Positions 11,781-25,803 of a stretch of 64,000 nucleotides of DNA are shown here, piece by piece. The notes beneath the pieces were generated by a model that was not told where the DNA came from, ran no database searches, and saw nothing but the letters and a program-made list of their open reading frames with translations. A program made the position numbers and the translations under genes. The DNA is taken from the NCBI GenBank assembly GCA_002633005.1, contig NMRA01000346.1, positions 118,116 through 182,115 on the forward strand. Reading direction: 5' to 3'. The stretch comes from Phoronis australis. Its lineage: Eukaryota; Animalia; Phoronida. Within the stretch, counting starts at the first letter, position 1. The number at the start of each line of letters is the position of its first letter.

Positions 11781-13049
11781 CAGTAAACTCGCGACTGTTC
11801 ATACTTTAAATGTTAGCAGAAGTGTGTAGTGTCCATCAGCAGAGACCTGTGGGAAGAACTATTTTCCGTAACTGTAGCAAATATATGATGCAATGAAATG
11901 AAAACGGTCAACATAGATGAATTGTAATTGGTTAAATGTATATTAAGAAAGAAAATTAAGTATATAAATAGTAGACCGGTTCTTGAATTGCCTGGTTTAT
12001 GTCCTTCATGAGTTCACCTGTCCCAAATTGAGTGCTTTCGTTTTTCTTTTCAGGTCGTCANNNNNNNNNNNNNNNNNNNNNNNNNNNNNNNNNNNNNNNN
12101 NNNNNNNNNNNNNNNNNNNNNNNNNNNNNNNNNNNNNNNNNNNNNNNNNNNNNNNNNNNNNNNNNNNNNNNNNNNNNNNNNNNNNNNNNNNNNNNNNNNN
12201 NNNNNNNNNNNNNNNNNNNNNNNNNNNNNNNNNNNNNNNNNNNNNNNNNNNNNNNNNNNNNNNNNNNNNNNNNNNNNNNNNNNNNNNNNNNNNNNNNNNN
12301 NNNNNNNNNNNNNNNNNNNNNNNNNNNNNNNNNNNNNNNNNNNNNNNNNNNNNNNNNNNNNNNNNNNNNNNNNNNNNNNNNNNNNNNNNNNNNNNNNNNN
12401 NNNNNNNNNNNNNNNNNNNNNNNNNNNNNNNNNNNNNNNNNNNNNNNNNNNNNNNNNNNNNNNNNNNNNNNNNNNNNNNNNNNNNNNNNNNNNNNNNNNN
12501 NNNNNNNNNNNNNNNNNNNNNNNNNNNNNNNNNNNNNNNNNNNNNNNNNNNNNNNNNNNNNNNNNNNNNNNNNNNNNNNNNNNNNNNNNNNNNNNNNNNN
12601 NNNNNNNNNNNNNNNNNNNNNNNNNNNNNNNNNNNNNNNNNNNNNNNNNNNNNNNNNNNNNNNNNNNNNNNNNNNNNNNNNNNNNNNNNNNNNNNNNNNN
12701 NNNNNNNNNNNNNNNNNNNNNNNNNNNNNNNNNNNNNNNNNNNNNNNNNNNNNNNNNNNNNNNNNNNNNNNNNNNNNNNNNNNNNNNNNNNNNNNNNNNN
12801 NNNNNNNNNNNNNNNNNNNNNNNNNNNNNNNNNNNNNNNNNNNNNNNNNNNNNNNNNNNNNNNNNNNNNNNNNNNNNNNNNNNNNNNNNNNNNNNNNNNN
12901 NNNNNNNNNNNNNNNNNNNNNNNNNNNNNNNNNNNNNNNNNNNNNNNNNNNNNNNNNNNNNNNNNNNNNNNNNNNNNNNNNNNNNNNNNNNNNNNNNNNN
13001 NNNNNNNNNNNNNNNNNNNNNNNNNNNNNNNNNNNNNNNNNNNNNNNNN

Positions 13050-13209
13050 AATGTACACCCACGAAATTCGGACACTAGCGGAAACCCAAATTTGGAGGTC
13101 CGCCAAATTCGGACACCACAAAATGATATTTCGCGAGATTCGTCCAAGAATGAAATTTTTCTATTGGAATTAATTTTCAGTGTCCGAAAATCACGCGACT
13201 TTACCGTAT
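13050..13209. mobile_element. Terminal part of a MITE next to a gap
   Basis: AAATTCGGACAC occurs twice, with an inverted GTGTCCGAAAAT. Ends TTTACCGTA, similar to the TACGGTA-type terminus. Confidence 0.45.
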
Positions 13210-16200
13210 CCGTGACCCCGCAGTAGCAAAATTTTTCTTCAACAAAAATATGCCCACGCCCTCTCAAAATTTATGTCTGATGAGAAATGTAGTATGAAAC
13301 TTAAACACGAAACAGCATTTAATTCAGTAGTGCACATGTTAATAGCAACAATGATGAAATAAAATTTCATTTGTCAGCCATAATGTATCATAAATTTGAG
13401 AGGTTCTATAATTCTATGTAAAGGCACGTCTATAGCTATTGGACCAATCTTGCACCTTTTATTCAAAGAGTACCAATATTTCAATCAACACCGAGATAAT
13501 CAGGTTAAATAAAAAAGTAGCTAACTTCAAACAGAAATAACGTTAATTTAGTCCCTGGCAAGTCTAAGTATTAGAAGCAACCGACAGTCCCCATTCAGGT
13601 TAAAGTGCATGATCACGTTGCACTGATAACAGAAGGTAACCCACTGTGTTAAGAAACATTAGCTGTGGAAAAACGAAAACTGATTTAGGTCATTCTAAGC
13701 TGATACAATCAGTCTCATGACATTCCTTACCATGATAGGATTTTATTTCCATAACCAATTTAAGTTGCAGCAATCTGTTTACCATTTTCGAATTCGCAAT
13801 TTTAGAATTGGCTCAATAAACTCTGAAGTGATTTTCAAATGCCCAATGTTAAGTTTGGCTAACCCCAATAAGCTCTGAATCGATTTCTCCGAGTCGCTGG
13901 TTTCGAATTTCTGGTTGGTAACGAAAATAGAATCCTATAAGGATAAGGAATATCATAAGAGCGATTTTATGCGAGTTAAAGGCCTACAGCAATTCATTTT
14001 TTGTATTTTACCAAAACAAGGTGAACTGCAGTATTTCATGCAAAACTCTCAGATTTTATAACGACATGATGCGTAAATGTGAACAAAACACAAGGTGTCA
14101 CTACTGGGCTTCATACAGTTTATCTTGGACACTTCATAAGATAACAGGTTAAAACTCTCAGTTAAAACTCTAACGCGCTGTGATAAAACAGGGCATAGAA
14201 AGGTTGGCAGGGACAGGTAATATGCAAATAGATAATTGTCATGGTGACCAAGATAACCTCATTCTGAATCTCACTGGCTTGCAGTGAACACAGGTATGTA
14301 TAAGTTACAAAATATGTGAACCTACATAGACACAATTCCTTGGACTATTTGGCACGTTTGGTTCCACAACCCTTTTTCATATTAAGAAAATATAAAATAA
14401 TAAAAAATAATTACAGTACTGTCAATAATGAAGAAACTCAAAAATCTAGTCACAGACAAATGAAATTTGACGTTAAATCTCTGTAATTTTCAAATTTAAC
14501 TTTGCCTTCTTGTGATGACTGATGTCAATAGACAGCAGCAGTATGGTGCAAATTCTAGACATTTATTAAATAACCCAGCGTATGTTAAAAAACAAGTTGT
14601 AACCCGAGATTTAGTATTTGAACTCACAAGTTGCTAATATTTAGAAATAGTTTGATATTTGGTTTTAAAAATAGCATACTATGTACCTTACAAATACAGT
14701 GGGATTTGTTTAATAGCTTTACTGTGTAGTTCCCCAAGGTGTGATAATTAGCTTAAGACAATGAACAGTCTCCTAACATAAACTTCTGCCCACAGGCGCT
14801 CACTGTCACATGCAAGTTGTCAACTTTAGCCAGTTGAGAGCCCTGCAGGATCATTGCTCGTTTCGACCATAAAAGTGACATACGATAACTATGATTAAAA
14901 CTGCACTCTCTACAGCCTCAGATGACCAAGATGGTTACACAAAGAATTTGTCTGCACTTGTTCATAAAAAGTAGTGACCACGGTTTATGCCTTTAGGCTT
15001 TCTGTAGTATTGATTCTGGTAAAAGTAGACAGGAATGATAAAATTTAGTGCACACAAATTTGAGAACCAATTGGCTGTCTGGAGGAAACAGGTTCTCAAA
15101 GTATGGGACAACTATACTTTACAGCGGAACCTGAACTACAACTTTACACACGCGCGCGTGCACCCACACAAACACACACAAACACAGAGCGTACCCTAGA
15201 AAAACTTGCACTAGTGCAACTTACCACACTTATAAGATTCTTTATGAAGGCGGTAGTATTATTTTTCCTATTTTCAGAAACAGTAAAAATGGCGTGCAGT
15301 AACTTGTCGGTAAAACAAATCTGTGACAATAAGTCATCCGCAAAATAAGGCAATTCAGAGATCATTTTCACGATATTTATCACTTTAGAGTATTCAAATA
15401 CACAATTTTGTGTCTGCTTTAACCGAATTCTGTCTTTGAAAATGGATTATCATGGACTCAGATATTCATGTACAACTTGCTCTCTTGCACTTTGCAGTTT
15501 ACCAAACTAAAAAAACAAAAATCGAATTACCGGTAGGCCTTTTACTCTCATAAAATCGGTCTCATAGTATTTCTAAGTGTGATAGGAGTCAGTTTCCATT
15601 ACCAACTCAGGCCACAGGTAATAGGTACAAGTTCCCTTTTCAAGTTGGCAATTGTAGGGATGGCCAACCCCAATAAACTTTGAAGTGCTCTTGTGTGGTG
15701 TTGGTCTTGATAATCTTGTTGGTAACGGAATAGAAAACTATCATAGAAAGGACTTTTATGACAGATTTTATGCGTCCTCAATGCAGTAATTATCATACGC
15801 ATCCAACAACTGTTAACTTTTTGTGATTGTGGGAGAAATGGAAAATATTCCACACCCAAAACTTGCATGAACAGATCTAAATTAAATTAGTCAGAATCCT
15901 TGCGGCTTGAAAAAAATTATTATTAAAAATACCTGTGTCTAACTGACAAATGAATAGAGAAGTGTAATGTCCTTTTCCTACCAAGTTAAATCCCTTATTA
16001 GTTAAGTGTCCACATAAATTGCAAAGCTCACTTCAGGGCTTCATCTAGGATTTCGAACATAGGGTGTCCAAAATGGGTTCCCAATATTCCAGGGCGTCCA
16101 TGATTCCAACGCCGAATTACCCCCCGTCCCCACCACCATTCACCAGTAACCCCCCCCCNCAGTCTCGCGCTAGCCTTTGCCTCATACTCACCTGACTCAG

Positions 16201-19200
16201 TTGAACTACTTGATTGTGGTAATCGCGCGCGCGGACAAAGTTAACAGTAACCACAAAGTGGAGTTGGAATTCTTCGCGTAAGTCACCTGAATTCCCGTAT
16301 ATATGCTTCATGGAAGATATACTTAGAAGCAGAAAGAGTCACTGAAGAAAGTAAGAGCCTTTTAGGTGCTAATTATAGGTGTAGAATGTATTTTCGACGA
16401 GGTGAAAACTTTACCAGTGAGCGGATTTCGCCTACCGCCCGTTTAAAATACACGGGACGAAATTAGTACAGAACGCGATAGAACGTATTGTAGCGCGAAT
16501 CTGAAGTTCATTTGCCATAACAGCAATGCTTTTGGACATTTTTCGAACTAAACGGCTAAAAACTCGAAGACAATAACAGAATACACTCTGCTACCGTATT
16601 GGGCAAATGACCAAACAACAAGCTTTTGCCCCACTTCCCGTGACGTCACAGTTAAGTCTCACATAATCTCGCGTTATTGTTATAAACTCGCAAAAGGCCT
16701 ATTATCTTGACATTGCAATAGGGGATGCCAGTGATGGAAACCAAGAAGTGAATGTAAACACACTACCTTTTAATTGTAAATTTTTCTTGGCGTTATTATG
16801 GTAAATAGATAGGCAGGTAATATAATTTTTTATTTCCATCATGATTCAAAATGGTTCTTTACTGAACGCATTTCGGTTATTCATAACTGTACGTTTAGGT
16901 TGACAGGCATGAGATGAGCGTTAACTTGTGGAAGTTTTCCCAGGCAGCCAATCAGATGTTTGCTTTGCCTTCTGATCACCTAGCATGTGAACAACACTAC
17001 ATGAGAGCGGGCCTCACAGCAACACATGGTATAATGTCACCAATTTCTGAGAAAAAACGATTGTCAAAAATTAAGATCTTTTCATTGTTTAAAGGCTTCA
17101 AGTTCTAACATTGTAGTAAATGTCACAATTTCTCAAAACATTTACTTATTTCGTACACAAATAATTACCAAAAGTGTCATTTTTCCATTTTTCAAAGGCT
17201 GGATTTGATTACTCACTGCAAGTACTTGAAAATTTACCAAAAGTTGTTTTACGACATCTACACAGTCCAAACCATGTAATAATGGGACTACAATTGTCTA
17301 AATCTTTAATATGTAGAGAAATTTGACGAAATAGAAGTTCGCATGTCTGCTTTATCGTGTGCTAAATAAAAGAATTACCAGAGATGGTACAGAAATCTTT
17401 AGGAGGACAAAATATTCATTCCGTGCTATTATCTTTTGTGAAAGAAAAGAAAAACAAAATTTCACTTATCGGTATAATCCACTTGTGCTCTATCACTGTA
17501 CTTCCTAATAGGATGCACTGAGCATCAACGTGATGACACGCACCACATACTAAGTTACCATGCTGGGCACTCAGCAGGAACTACCAACAGTTCCCATGCA
17601 GACCAGTCAAATCAGCAGGATTCCCGCTATGGACATTTCACAGCAATCAGATGCAAATACCTACTAGTATACAGCTTTTTCATGCATTCCAACATTTATC
17701 CCATGCTGACAGTTTTAATAATTAATGAAACCACCGGCCATATATGCAACCCCTCAGAAACCTTTTTAGGTTGGAGAATTAAATCAGACCACAATGGTTG
17801 TTTGTTCTGTTTTTGGGTTCCAGTCCTGAGAACACCAGGATTTCCTGAAAGTGAGGTGCTGGCACCTCACACTGGCCATGCTTTAAATGATACAATTAAT
17901 TATTTGTTTTCAAAATATGATTTGTTCACAAGCAATGGAATCTGACCACAAGTTTACTTAAAAACTGAGAAATGACAATTTCCTGATCACGGACAGAGAA
18001 ATAGAAGACCTTCCGCATTAGACCATAAATCCCTGCAAAAAAATGCCAAGTATGACAACACTGTTCCCCTTTCCTGTCTCAAGGGACCCTTGACTGCTCT
18101 GCTTATAGTTAGATCAAGAAGCAGAAACAAATCAGCCTTCAAGTCTTCTAACGCATGAAACTGCTTTATAAAACCCAGGTTAATATTTAACATTTGTTTC
18201 ATACATTGATCTTTAAATCAAACAAATGTCAACCATAACACAGGCCTAGGACAGGTCAGCTGACGGTTAGTGATAAGATAGTATACCTGAATTTTATCAC
18301 AGGTGATGTTCATTATGCAGATAGTCTTTTACAAGAGAGACATATGGCTTCTTTGGGGACTTACAGGAGTCACAAAATTTCTGAATGGAACACGTTTTCC
18401 CCAACAGTGTAACTTAAGAAATATTTCTAAAAATGACACAAGTTAAGACAGATGTAGACTTTATATTCAAATAAGTCAAGCGGCGTGGCGGTAAATTTAC
18501 CTGTAGAAGCAATCAATAACTTCGTTCCGTATATGGTTTCATCATGAGTAATTAGAGAGTCTAAATCAGGCCTTCATCAAGTGGGAGTCCAATGGAAACC
18601 TCGACTCAAATTTAGACAACCTCAACTAACATTTTGACAGGCATGCCCAAAATAAGTTGGTTAAGATGACAAGTTAAGACCGGAAACATTTATAGCTGCA
18701 AGTTTCCATGGCAACATACCATGCCATAATGGCAATTTGACTCATAGTACACCATGAGAAATTGGGATACCCAATACGCACACCTTATTTTTTGAAATCC
18801 TGTACGAACCTCAAAGAACCTAGACTGAGGGTTCCACAGCAAAATACAAAGTTAAGCTAAGGTTTTATAATATGGAGCAGCACAGGACATTGTAAGAATG
18901 CAAATAAGTAAACAGTGTAAGTACTACTGTATAGGATACCACAAAGAAAAAGTGGAATGCCATTTTGTCAAATTTCTCAAATTAATTTGTGTTCATTGTG
19001 TGGTTTATACCTCATGTACCTATCACAAACCATGGATTCTTCTAGAAACACAAGGCTATGAGTCAATTAACCCATGGGGCATCAATTTTTTCTCCTTGAT
19101 TCAAATTGGGGTGGAATTTTAATTGTGTGATATTATCTGGTACCTCAGGACTGCTTGCCCCCCCCCCCCCATCACTAAATGACGAACCAGGGAAATGGAA

Positions 19201-20998
19201 ATGCATTTCAAAACTAAACACATCAATCCAGGATTGAGATCTCTGTATTTTCGCAGACCTCACATCACAAACAATGTTGTTGAAGTCACTGATGTTAGAT
19301 TTGATCAGCTTCTCCGCATAGCATTGCCTTCGAATCTGAATGCAATGAGTATCATTCAAGACAAAATAGGATGCAATTCATACATGCCCATTGGCCTCAG
19401 CTGAGCAATCACAATGCACCAATTATGTAATGGTTTTAAATGTAGCAACCCTAAAACAAAATGGAAAATGAACTTTTTTCTAAAAGTTTAACTTTATCCC
19501 AAGCTGAAGACGTTTTCCTACTATTGGCTATCACACACAATCACAGGTTTCACATCGTAACCATAGCTGTTATTAAAATATACTTATATTATAAAATCAA
19601 TTAACAGTGCATTCATTTGAAATTTCAATATGAAGCACAGTTGCTTTCTTAAAATCAATAATTACGTAAGTGACATTTTATCGTTCCATATGATATTTCC
19701 TTCAAGCTGATGAAACCCCACTGGCAGCCAAAAAGACTGCATGTAACATGTTGATTTAGATCATGTACCGTTAAAAATTCTTTTGACTGGGTCATTGTAT
19801 TGTAGATATCAAAAATTCTTGCTCGAAACCATGCTTGGAGTGTCAGGTCAACACAACTTGCTGGGCTGATCAGGAGCAGTAAGGAACAGTCAGTTCTTGA
19901 CAAACCCACAAATTATTTCTGATCAAAGTAGAAAGAAACAATAAGGTCTATTTCTTAACGACGAGCAGTCTAAACCAAACGTTCTGATCTTTTATGATGG
20001 ACCACGGGATGCATTTTCAAATTAGACCTAGTGTTGCCACGCATTGGCTACATACCTCAATACAAAGTCCAGGTTGATAACAAATTTTTCAGAACCTTTC
20101 CATCACTGATAAGGGTTTTCACTTGGTTTTAATCAAGTTAAGTTTGAAGCCACCTAAATATCAGTTGATGCAAATTATAAGCTGCGCCCTAGCTAGTTCC
20201 TCCAGCAACTGGGGTTAGTTAAGTGCCCATCTAGAAAAGGCTTAAAGTTAGTGTCAATGCCAATACAGATCAATTTGGAATTTTTATTTAGAAAGCTGAT
20301 CTGACAGTTGATCATACAGCAAATCAACTGATTACAAAAAGCATTCACTAAGTCCTCTTACAGGTAGTTGCTATACTATTAACATAGGATATGTTAATGA
20401 TCTGTCTAATCATGTGCAATCACCACACCTGACCAGAGACTGACATTAAATCATGTGATTGGAATGTAAACCTCTCTTGATTATGAGGTCATGTAATGAA
20501 TAGGCAAGTGTGATGTCCACTCCAGGCCGTTTGACTTGATTTTGGGGCTCCATTCTCCTTTAAAAGTATTTTAAAATCATGCAAATTTCCCTCACCAGGC
20601 CAAAAAATCACCTCCAATGATTAATAAATTCTCCTTTTAGTCCTTCAAATTGCCCGCGACCTTAGGGGATACCCCTCATCCACTCCTCCCAGAAAGCACA
20701 AGTACGTTACCCCCTTTTCTTCTCAGGTTAAATAGGGCCCTGACGTCTGAAGGATGTTTCAAGACTTTCAGACAACAGATCAGAATGCGATCTGCCTTCT
20801 GATTGGATGTCCATGAATGCTGTTAACATCAGTATTTGAAAATGATGCACAACATGTGACAATATCAGATAACTTCATTTCTAGTCAGAGCAAGTGGTTG
20901 TCATCAGTGGTATAGTCGAATGACACAATGGTTTTTCATAAACTTACTTTTTTCAGCTAGGGGATGCATCACCCATCCCCTGGACATGTCACACATCC

Positions 20999-21229
20999 CA
21001 GGGCTTGGAGTGACCAATGACAAAAAAGAGGGAAAATTTCCAGGTGGTGTATTTTTCCACAAACAAATAGTCTTGTGTGATAGAAATAGCTATTTTGGTG
21101 ATAAAATTTTACTGAAATAGACGTTTTTGCGTGAATAAAGTCAAAATAGTGATAAAGGGTTGAAAAAAGAGGAAAAATGAAAATCAAAAAAGAGGAAATC
21201 CTCTTAAAAGAGGAAAATTCCAAGCCCTG
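20999..21229. mobile_element. Short hAT-like MITE
   Basis: Terminal inverted repeat CAGGGCTTGGA ... TCCAAGCCCTG, with internal AAAAGAGGAAA repeats. TSD not clean. Confidence 0.55.
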
Positions 21230-21585
21230 ACATACATTTAGTAAATTCAAAATAGTTTGTTTTAAAACATTTTTACTGTAATAGTTTCAGGAAAAATAAA
21301 GAACCTTGATATGCACTAATCAAGCGCATTTAGTATTCTTGCTTGTATACTTCTAGGATTACACCGATACTCAATAAAATTTAATATTTGTGTTCACTTA
21401 GCGGCAAAAAGAATGACAATTTTATTATCAGTTGCTGAATAAAGTCACGGCAACAACGAGACTATTCCATGAAAAAAGTCCACTCCGAATCTGTGTATTC
21501 CACCTATTTTTGTCATAGTAAACTAAAGTCTCCACAAAACAAAAAACTTCAGTTATTTTGCCAATGCCTTTTGGTTAAAGCGATA

Positions 21586-23459
21586 TTACTTTAAACTGCA
21601 GAATACAGTGTTCTCCGCAACAGAAAATTCAAACTCGACTGGAATTATAAATTTAAGGAAAAACTTTGATAGTCCATGTCTGTAATGTGAGGATTTTTGT
21701 GTTAAGTCTTGGAATTTATGCATTAAAACGATTTGAAATATTTACAGGTGACTGATCTTTCATGAGTTGAAAATCGTTGCACAGATTTTCAAACTCGACG
21801 CAAGTAAACCAAACACATTGTGAGAAAATCCGACGTCGCGACGAGTCAAAACAGGCTGTGTAGGGGACTGGACTAAATCAAAGTGTGCCAGGAATTTATG
21901 AGGACATTTCTGTTCCTAAACTAAAGTCCATTATACTATTTGACAAAATGCTTAATACAATTTCCAAGGGTGTTCAAACATTCCTGGTGAAAGTCAAACA
22001 ATTGGAATTTCAAATATCTATCAGTGGTTTGAAATGGCTGAATGATTGATTCGATGGATTTCAATAGTTACTGGACATGGCATTGCTAATAACACAGTCA
22101 AGGTCAAGAAAAAACAGACTTTTCAAAATGATTCACTGACAGTTTGAATAGGAACATTTTCCACTGCTGTGCACTCAATAGGTGAATAACTGCAGTTTGG
22201 TTTACTGGCATGCAAATATAGCCATGCTTCTTCAACAATCCATACTCACAACTGTTACACAATTCTTGGTATAAAATCACATTGGAAGCCAAAACAAACT
22301 GAGGTTCACTTGACTAGTTGATCATTGAACGTTACGAATTCACACTGACACCTTGTGACCAAGGCCACAAACAAAAGAGACAAACATGGGGTAGCAGGGA
22401 ACATTTTAGAGAAACATAGATATGGGTGAATAACCCACTCANCGATGATCTAAAAAATCTATTTTGGCGCGTTAAAATGGCGGGAAAATTTTGCGACCTG
22501 GCATTTACGAATGCGAGCGGGATTTTGAAAATGCGACCTGGGATTTTGGCTAGGTCGCAAAATGCGACCTGGCGATTTTAATAGCGTCGAGCCCTGTAAA
22601 GCGTTACTTTAAACTGCAGAATACAGTGTTCTCCGCAACAGAAAATTCAAACTCAACTGGAATTATAAATTTAAGGAAAAACTTTGATAGTCCATGTCTG
22701 TACTGTGAGGATTTTTGTGTTAAGTCTTGGAATTTATGCATTAAAACGATTTGAAATATTTACAGGTGACTGATCTTTCATGAGTTGAAAATCGTTGCAC
22801 AGATTTTCAAACTCGATGCAAGTAAACCAAACACATTGTGAGAAAATCCCACGTGGTGACGAGTCAAAACAGGCTGTGTAGGGGACTGGACTAAATCAAA
22901 GTGTGCCAGGAATTTATGAGTACATTTCTGTTCCTAAACTAAAGTCCATTATACTATTTGACAAAATGCTTAATACAATTTCCAAGGGTGTTCAAACATT
23001 CCTGGTGAAATTCAAACATTTGGAATTTCAAATATCTATCAGTGGTTTGAAATGGCTGAATGATTGATTCGATGGATTTCAATAGTTACTGGACATGGCA
23101 TTGCTAATAACACAGTCAAGGTCAAGAAAAAACAGACTTTTCAAATTGATTCACTGACAGTTTGAATAGGAACATTTTCCACTGCTGTGCACTCAATAGG
23201 TGAATAACTGCAGTTTGGTTTACTGGCATGCAAATATAGCCATGCTTCTTCAACAATCCATACTCACAACTGTTACACAATTCTTGGTATAAAATCACAT
23301 TGGAAGCCAAAACAAACTGAGGTTCACTTGACTAGTTGATCATTGAACGTTACGAATTCACACTGACACCTTGTGACCAAGGCCACAAACAAAAGAGACA
23401 AACATGGGGTAGCAGGGAACATTTTAGAGAAACATAGATATGGGTGAATAACCCACTCA
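21586..23459 (+). repeat. Near-identical ~855-bp tandem duplication (21586-22441 and 22604-23459)
   Basis: The two copies are offset by 1018 bp, differ by only scattered SNPs and are joined at a single N (22442). The duplicate ORFs 22104-22292 and 23122-23310 reflect this. Confidence 0.95.
22443..22596. mobile_element. Terminal fragment of a hAT-like element
   Basis: TGCGACCTGG repeated three times plus an inverted AGGTCGCA. Ends GTCGAGCCCTG (CAGGG terminus on the other strand). Confidence 0.55.
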
Positions 23460-24336
23460 CTCTCAAGTTTATTGACTATATTTAGTCATTGGTTGGATAT
23501 AACAGTCCCTGTTTTTGAGAACCAGGCAATCACTGAATAACGGGCCCATTATTCAGTGGATGAAAGTGGTTCACAAAATTCAAAATCAGGGGCCGCTATG
23601 TCTGACCTGTTCCCTAGTTTGGAGGACCTTTGGGGTAAGTTAGTTTAGGTCCTTTAACTCCTTTTTGCTTCCTGTTTCAATGGGCCTGATGCCCAAGTTA
23701 AGCAATCACATTGATTTTTGGGGCCTGGGCCAACGACCTCAGGGGCGTGCACCTAAAATTATCCCTGGGGCTGGCGATTACTCCATTGACTTTCGACGAA
23801 GTGCTAACTAGTAATGTAGTTAAACAACAAAGAACTAATTACAATACATTTTTAAGTAAACAATGGTAACCATTTTAACCATCATTACAAAAGTAGGGCC
23901 ATGGAGGCACGGAGCACATTAAATTTTTGGCCGTTTGCAAGGCTTTTCATTTGAGATTCATTTTTAAATTTTCCCAAAAAAACAATTTTGATTTTGTAGC
24001 ATTTGTTGTCTCAGTGGTTACTGACATTATTTGTTTAAAATATGTGGCTTCAATACCGTTGATAGAACAGCAGGCCTAACTTTGACAAGATTCAGACGAC
24101 TGGCAGAAAACACAAAAATAAAGACTGGCCTTATAACCAAAGCAAACAAATTCCAATAATAGCCCAAGCCTCATTTATCTGCTTATTTACGTGAGTAACT
24201 GTACTTCTAAATTTCCTAGAAAATGCATTGTTACGGTTAGGCCTACGGGTTTGGCTTGAAAAATGGCTAAATATGACTTTAGTAAATAAAGCGTAGTCCT
24301 ATTAGTGACGGCATAATTGTCGTTTGGTTTCCTTAC

Positions 24337-25068
24337 CTGTGACATAACATCTTCGTCCACCTCTTGCTCAGGTTCGGCCCAGTCCACGGCGATCTGGTGT
24401 CCCCACAGCTGAATTCTGCCGGGGATTAATTTCCTTCTCGCCATGGCGGCCGCCCTGTGGCTCTCATACTCGACAAACGCGAATCCTCTGTTCTTCGTCT
24501 TATCCGTGGCACTTGGATAGACAATTACATCGACAACACCTTCGGTGACCTTTTCCATTTCTTCTAGGATTTCTTCTTTGTGTTTGTTCTTTGGAATTCC
24601 GCCAACAAAAAGGCGACAATTGTCGACACTCATACACACCCCCAAAAGGCGACCTTTCTGGATTTCGTAGTTGTTGAGTTCTTTCACGGCTCGTCTGGCA
24701 TCTTGTTTGTTTGTATACATAACAAAACAATAGCCCCGGTTGGATCCACTGAAGTCCATCATCAATCGAAGTTCGTATATTTTTCCGCATTTTTCGAAGA
24801 TCGGCACCAGCGTATCTTCGAAAATGTTGCGTGGAATTTTCCCCACGAAAATTTCGCAACCTCTCGGCGGGGGTGTCCCTTCCCAGCTCGGCGGTGGACC
24901 ACCATATTTTCGCTGCCCGTTCTCCTGAATCATTCCAAATCCTGTGCGCTCCATAAGTGCCAATAATGCCGCTTCGTTTGGTTGGCCAGCAACTCCAGGA
25001 GGGAGAGAGCTTTTATCGTGCACGCCGTTCTGAGCCATGTCCGCCGTCGCTGAACCCGCGGTCATCAT
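24337..25068 (-). CDS. RBM47: First coding exon (244 codons; N-terminus, RRM1, RRM2) of an RBM47/A1CF/RBM46-family RNA-binding protein
   Basis: [10 protein letters not shown]...[21 protein letters not shown]...[61 protein letters not shown] and [16 protein letters not shown] closely follow vertebrate RBM47. Ends at a phase-0 donor CAG|GTAAGG just before RRM3. Confidence 0.93.
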
Positions 25069-25178
25069 GGACTTTGGATTTCTGTTCACAGATAACTCAA
25101 CTACACCGAGCGCGTGCGTTGGTTGTAGATATCGGATACTATCAAATCGTATATACTCATGTAAAACTGTCACAGTAC

Positions 25179-25233
25179 ATTTGATTGGTTAAAAGTTACT
25201 CTATGCAGTGTATCCCAGTATTTGATTGGTTAA
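25179..25233 (-). promoter_or_regulatory. Tandem CCAAT (NF-Y) boxes upstream of the RBM47-like ATG
   Basis: ATTTGATTGGTTAA occurs twice about 41 bp apart (TTAACCAATCAAAT on the gene strand), 110-165 bp upstream of the ATG. Confidence 0.55.
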
Positions 25234-25803
25234 CTTTTACAAAACTTACGACATTCCTATTTGGGGCTTCAATGACGCCAAAACAGATTTAGCGTTATGT
25301 CCACATCCAATAAACCCAATTCTTTTGTTGTTGTAAATGCGTCTTTAAAGCTAATATTGCGTAATTACAAAACAAACATCATGACAGGTACAATACCACG
25401 CGACCGAGCGCGTCAAACAAAGAAATTGGCTGTCTGCTAAATAGGCCTAATGCAGAGCCGTGAGGTCTCCGGACTTCGTGGCATTGGCCTGCGCTGTAAG
25501 ACTCCCAGGTGTGCCTGCGGTAGGGCATGAACGCTCGCGAGAGGTCTCAGACCAAGTTCGTTGTTGGTGGCGGCACGGGGGAGGAATTGTCGGTGGCGAA
25601 AAGGCGAAGAGAAAATTTTCCCACGCCAATATTCTGGTAAATTTACGTGGCGTCAACTAGAACCCGGCAAGCAGTAGCCTTATCCCCTGCCCCACTTATG
25701 AAGTTGACGTAGAAAGCAAAGGGGACTGGGAGAGTACGTACCTCTCAATAATTTGCAGGCGTGGGGAGAAGGTGATCACTAGGCCAATAGGCTTAGGGTG
25801 GTT

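Noticed and set aside
12030-12060. Strong plus-strand splice acceptor (TTTTTCTTTTCAG) just before a gap
   Set aside because: Only 7 nt of downstream sequence are visible, too little to call an exon.
6040-13267. Long ORFs made of X
   Set aside because: Artefacts of N gaps. Only the pogo fragments flanking the first gap are real.
19063-19359. Minus-strand ORF with an acceptor-like TTGCATTCAG as the next RBM47 exon
   Set aside because: The translation has no RRM3 motifs.
24187-25173. 328-aa single-exon ORF as the full gene
   Set aside because: The upstream 35 codons start at GTG and lack family similarity. Homology stops exactly at a consensus donor at 24337.
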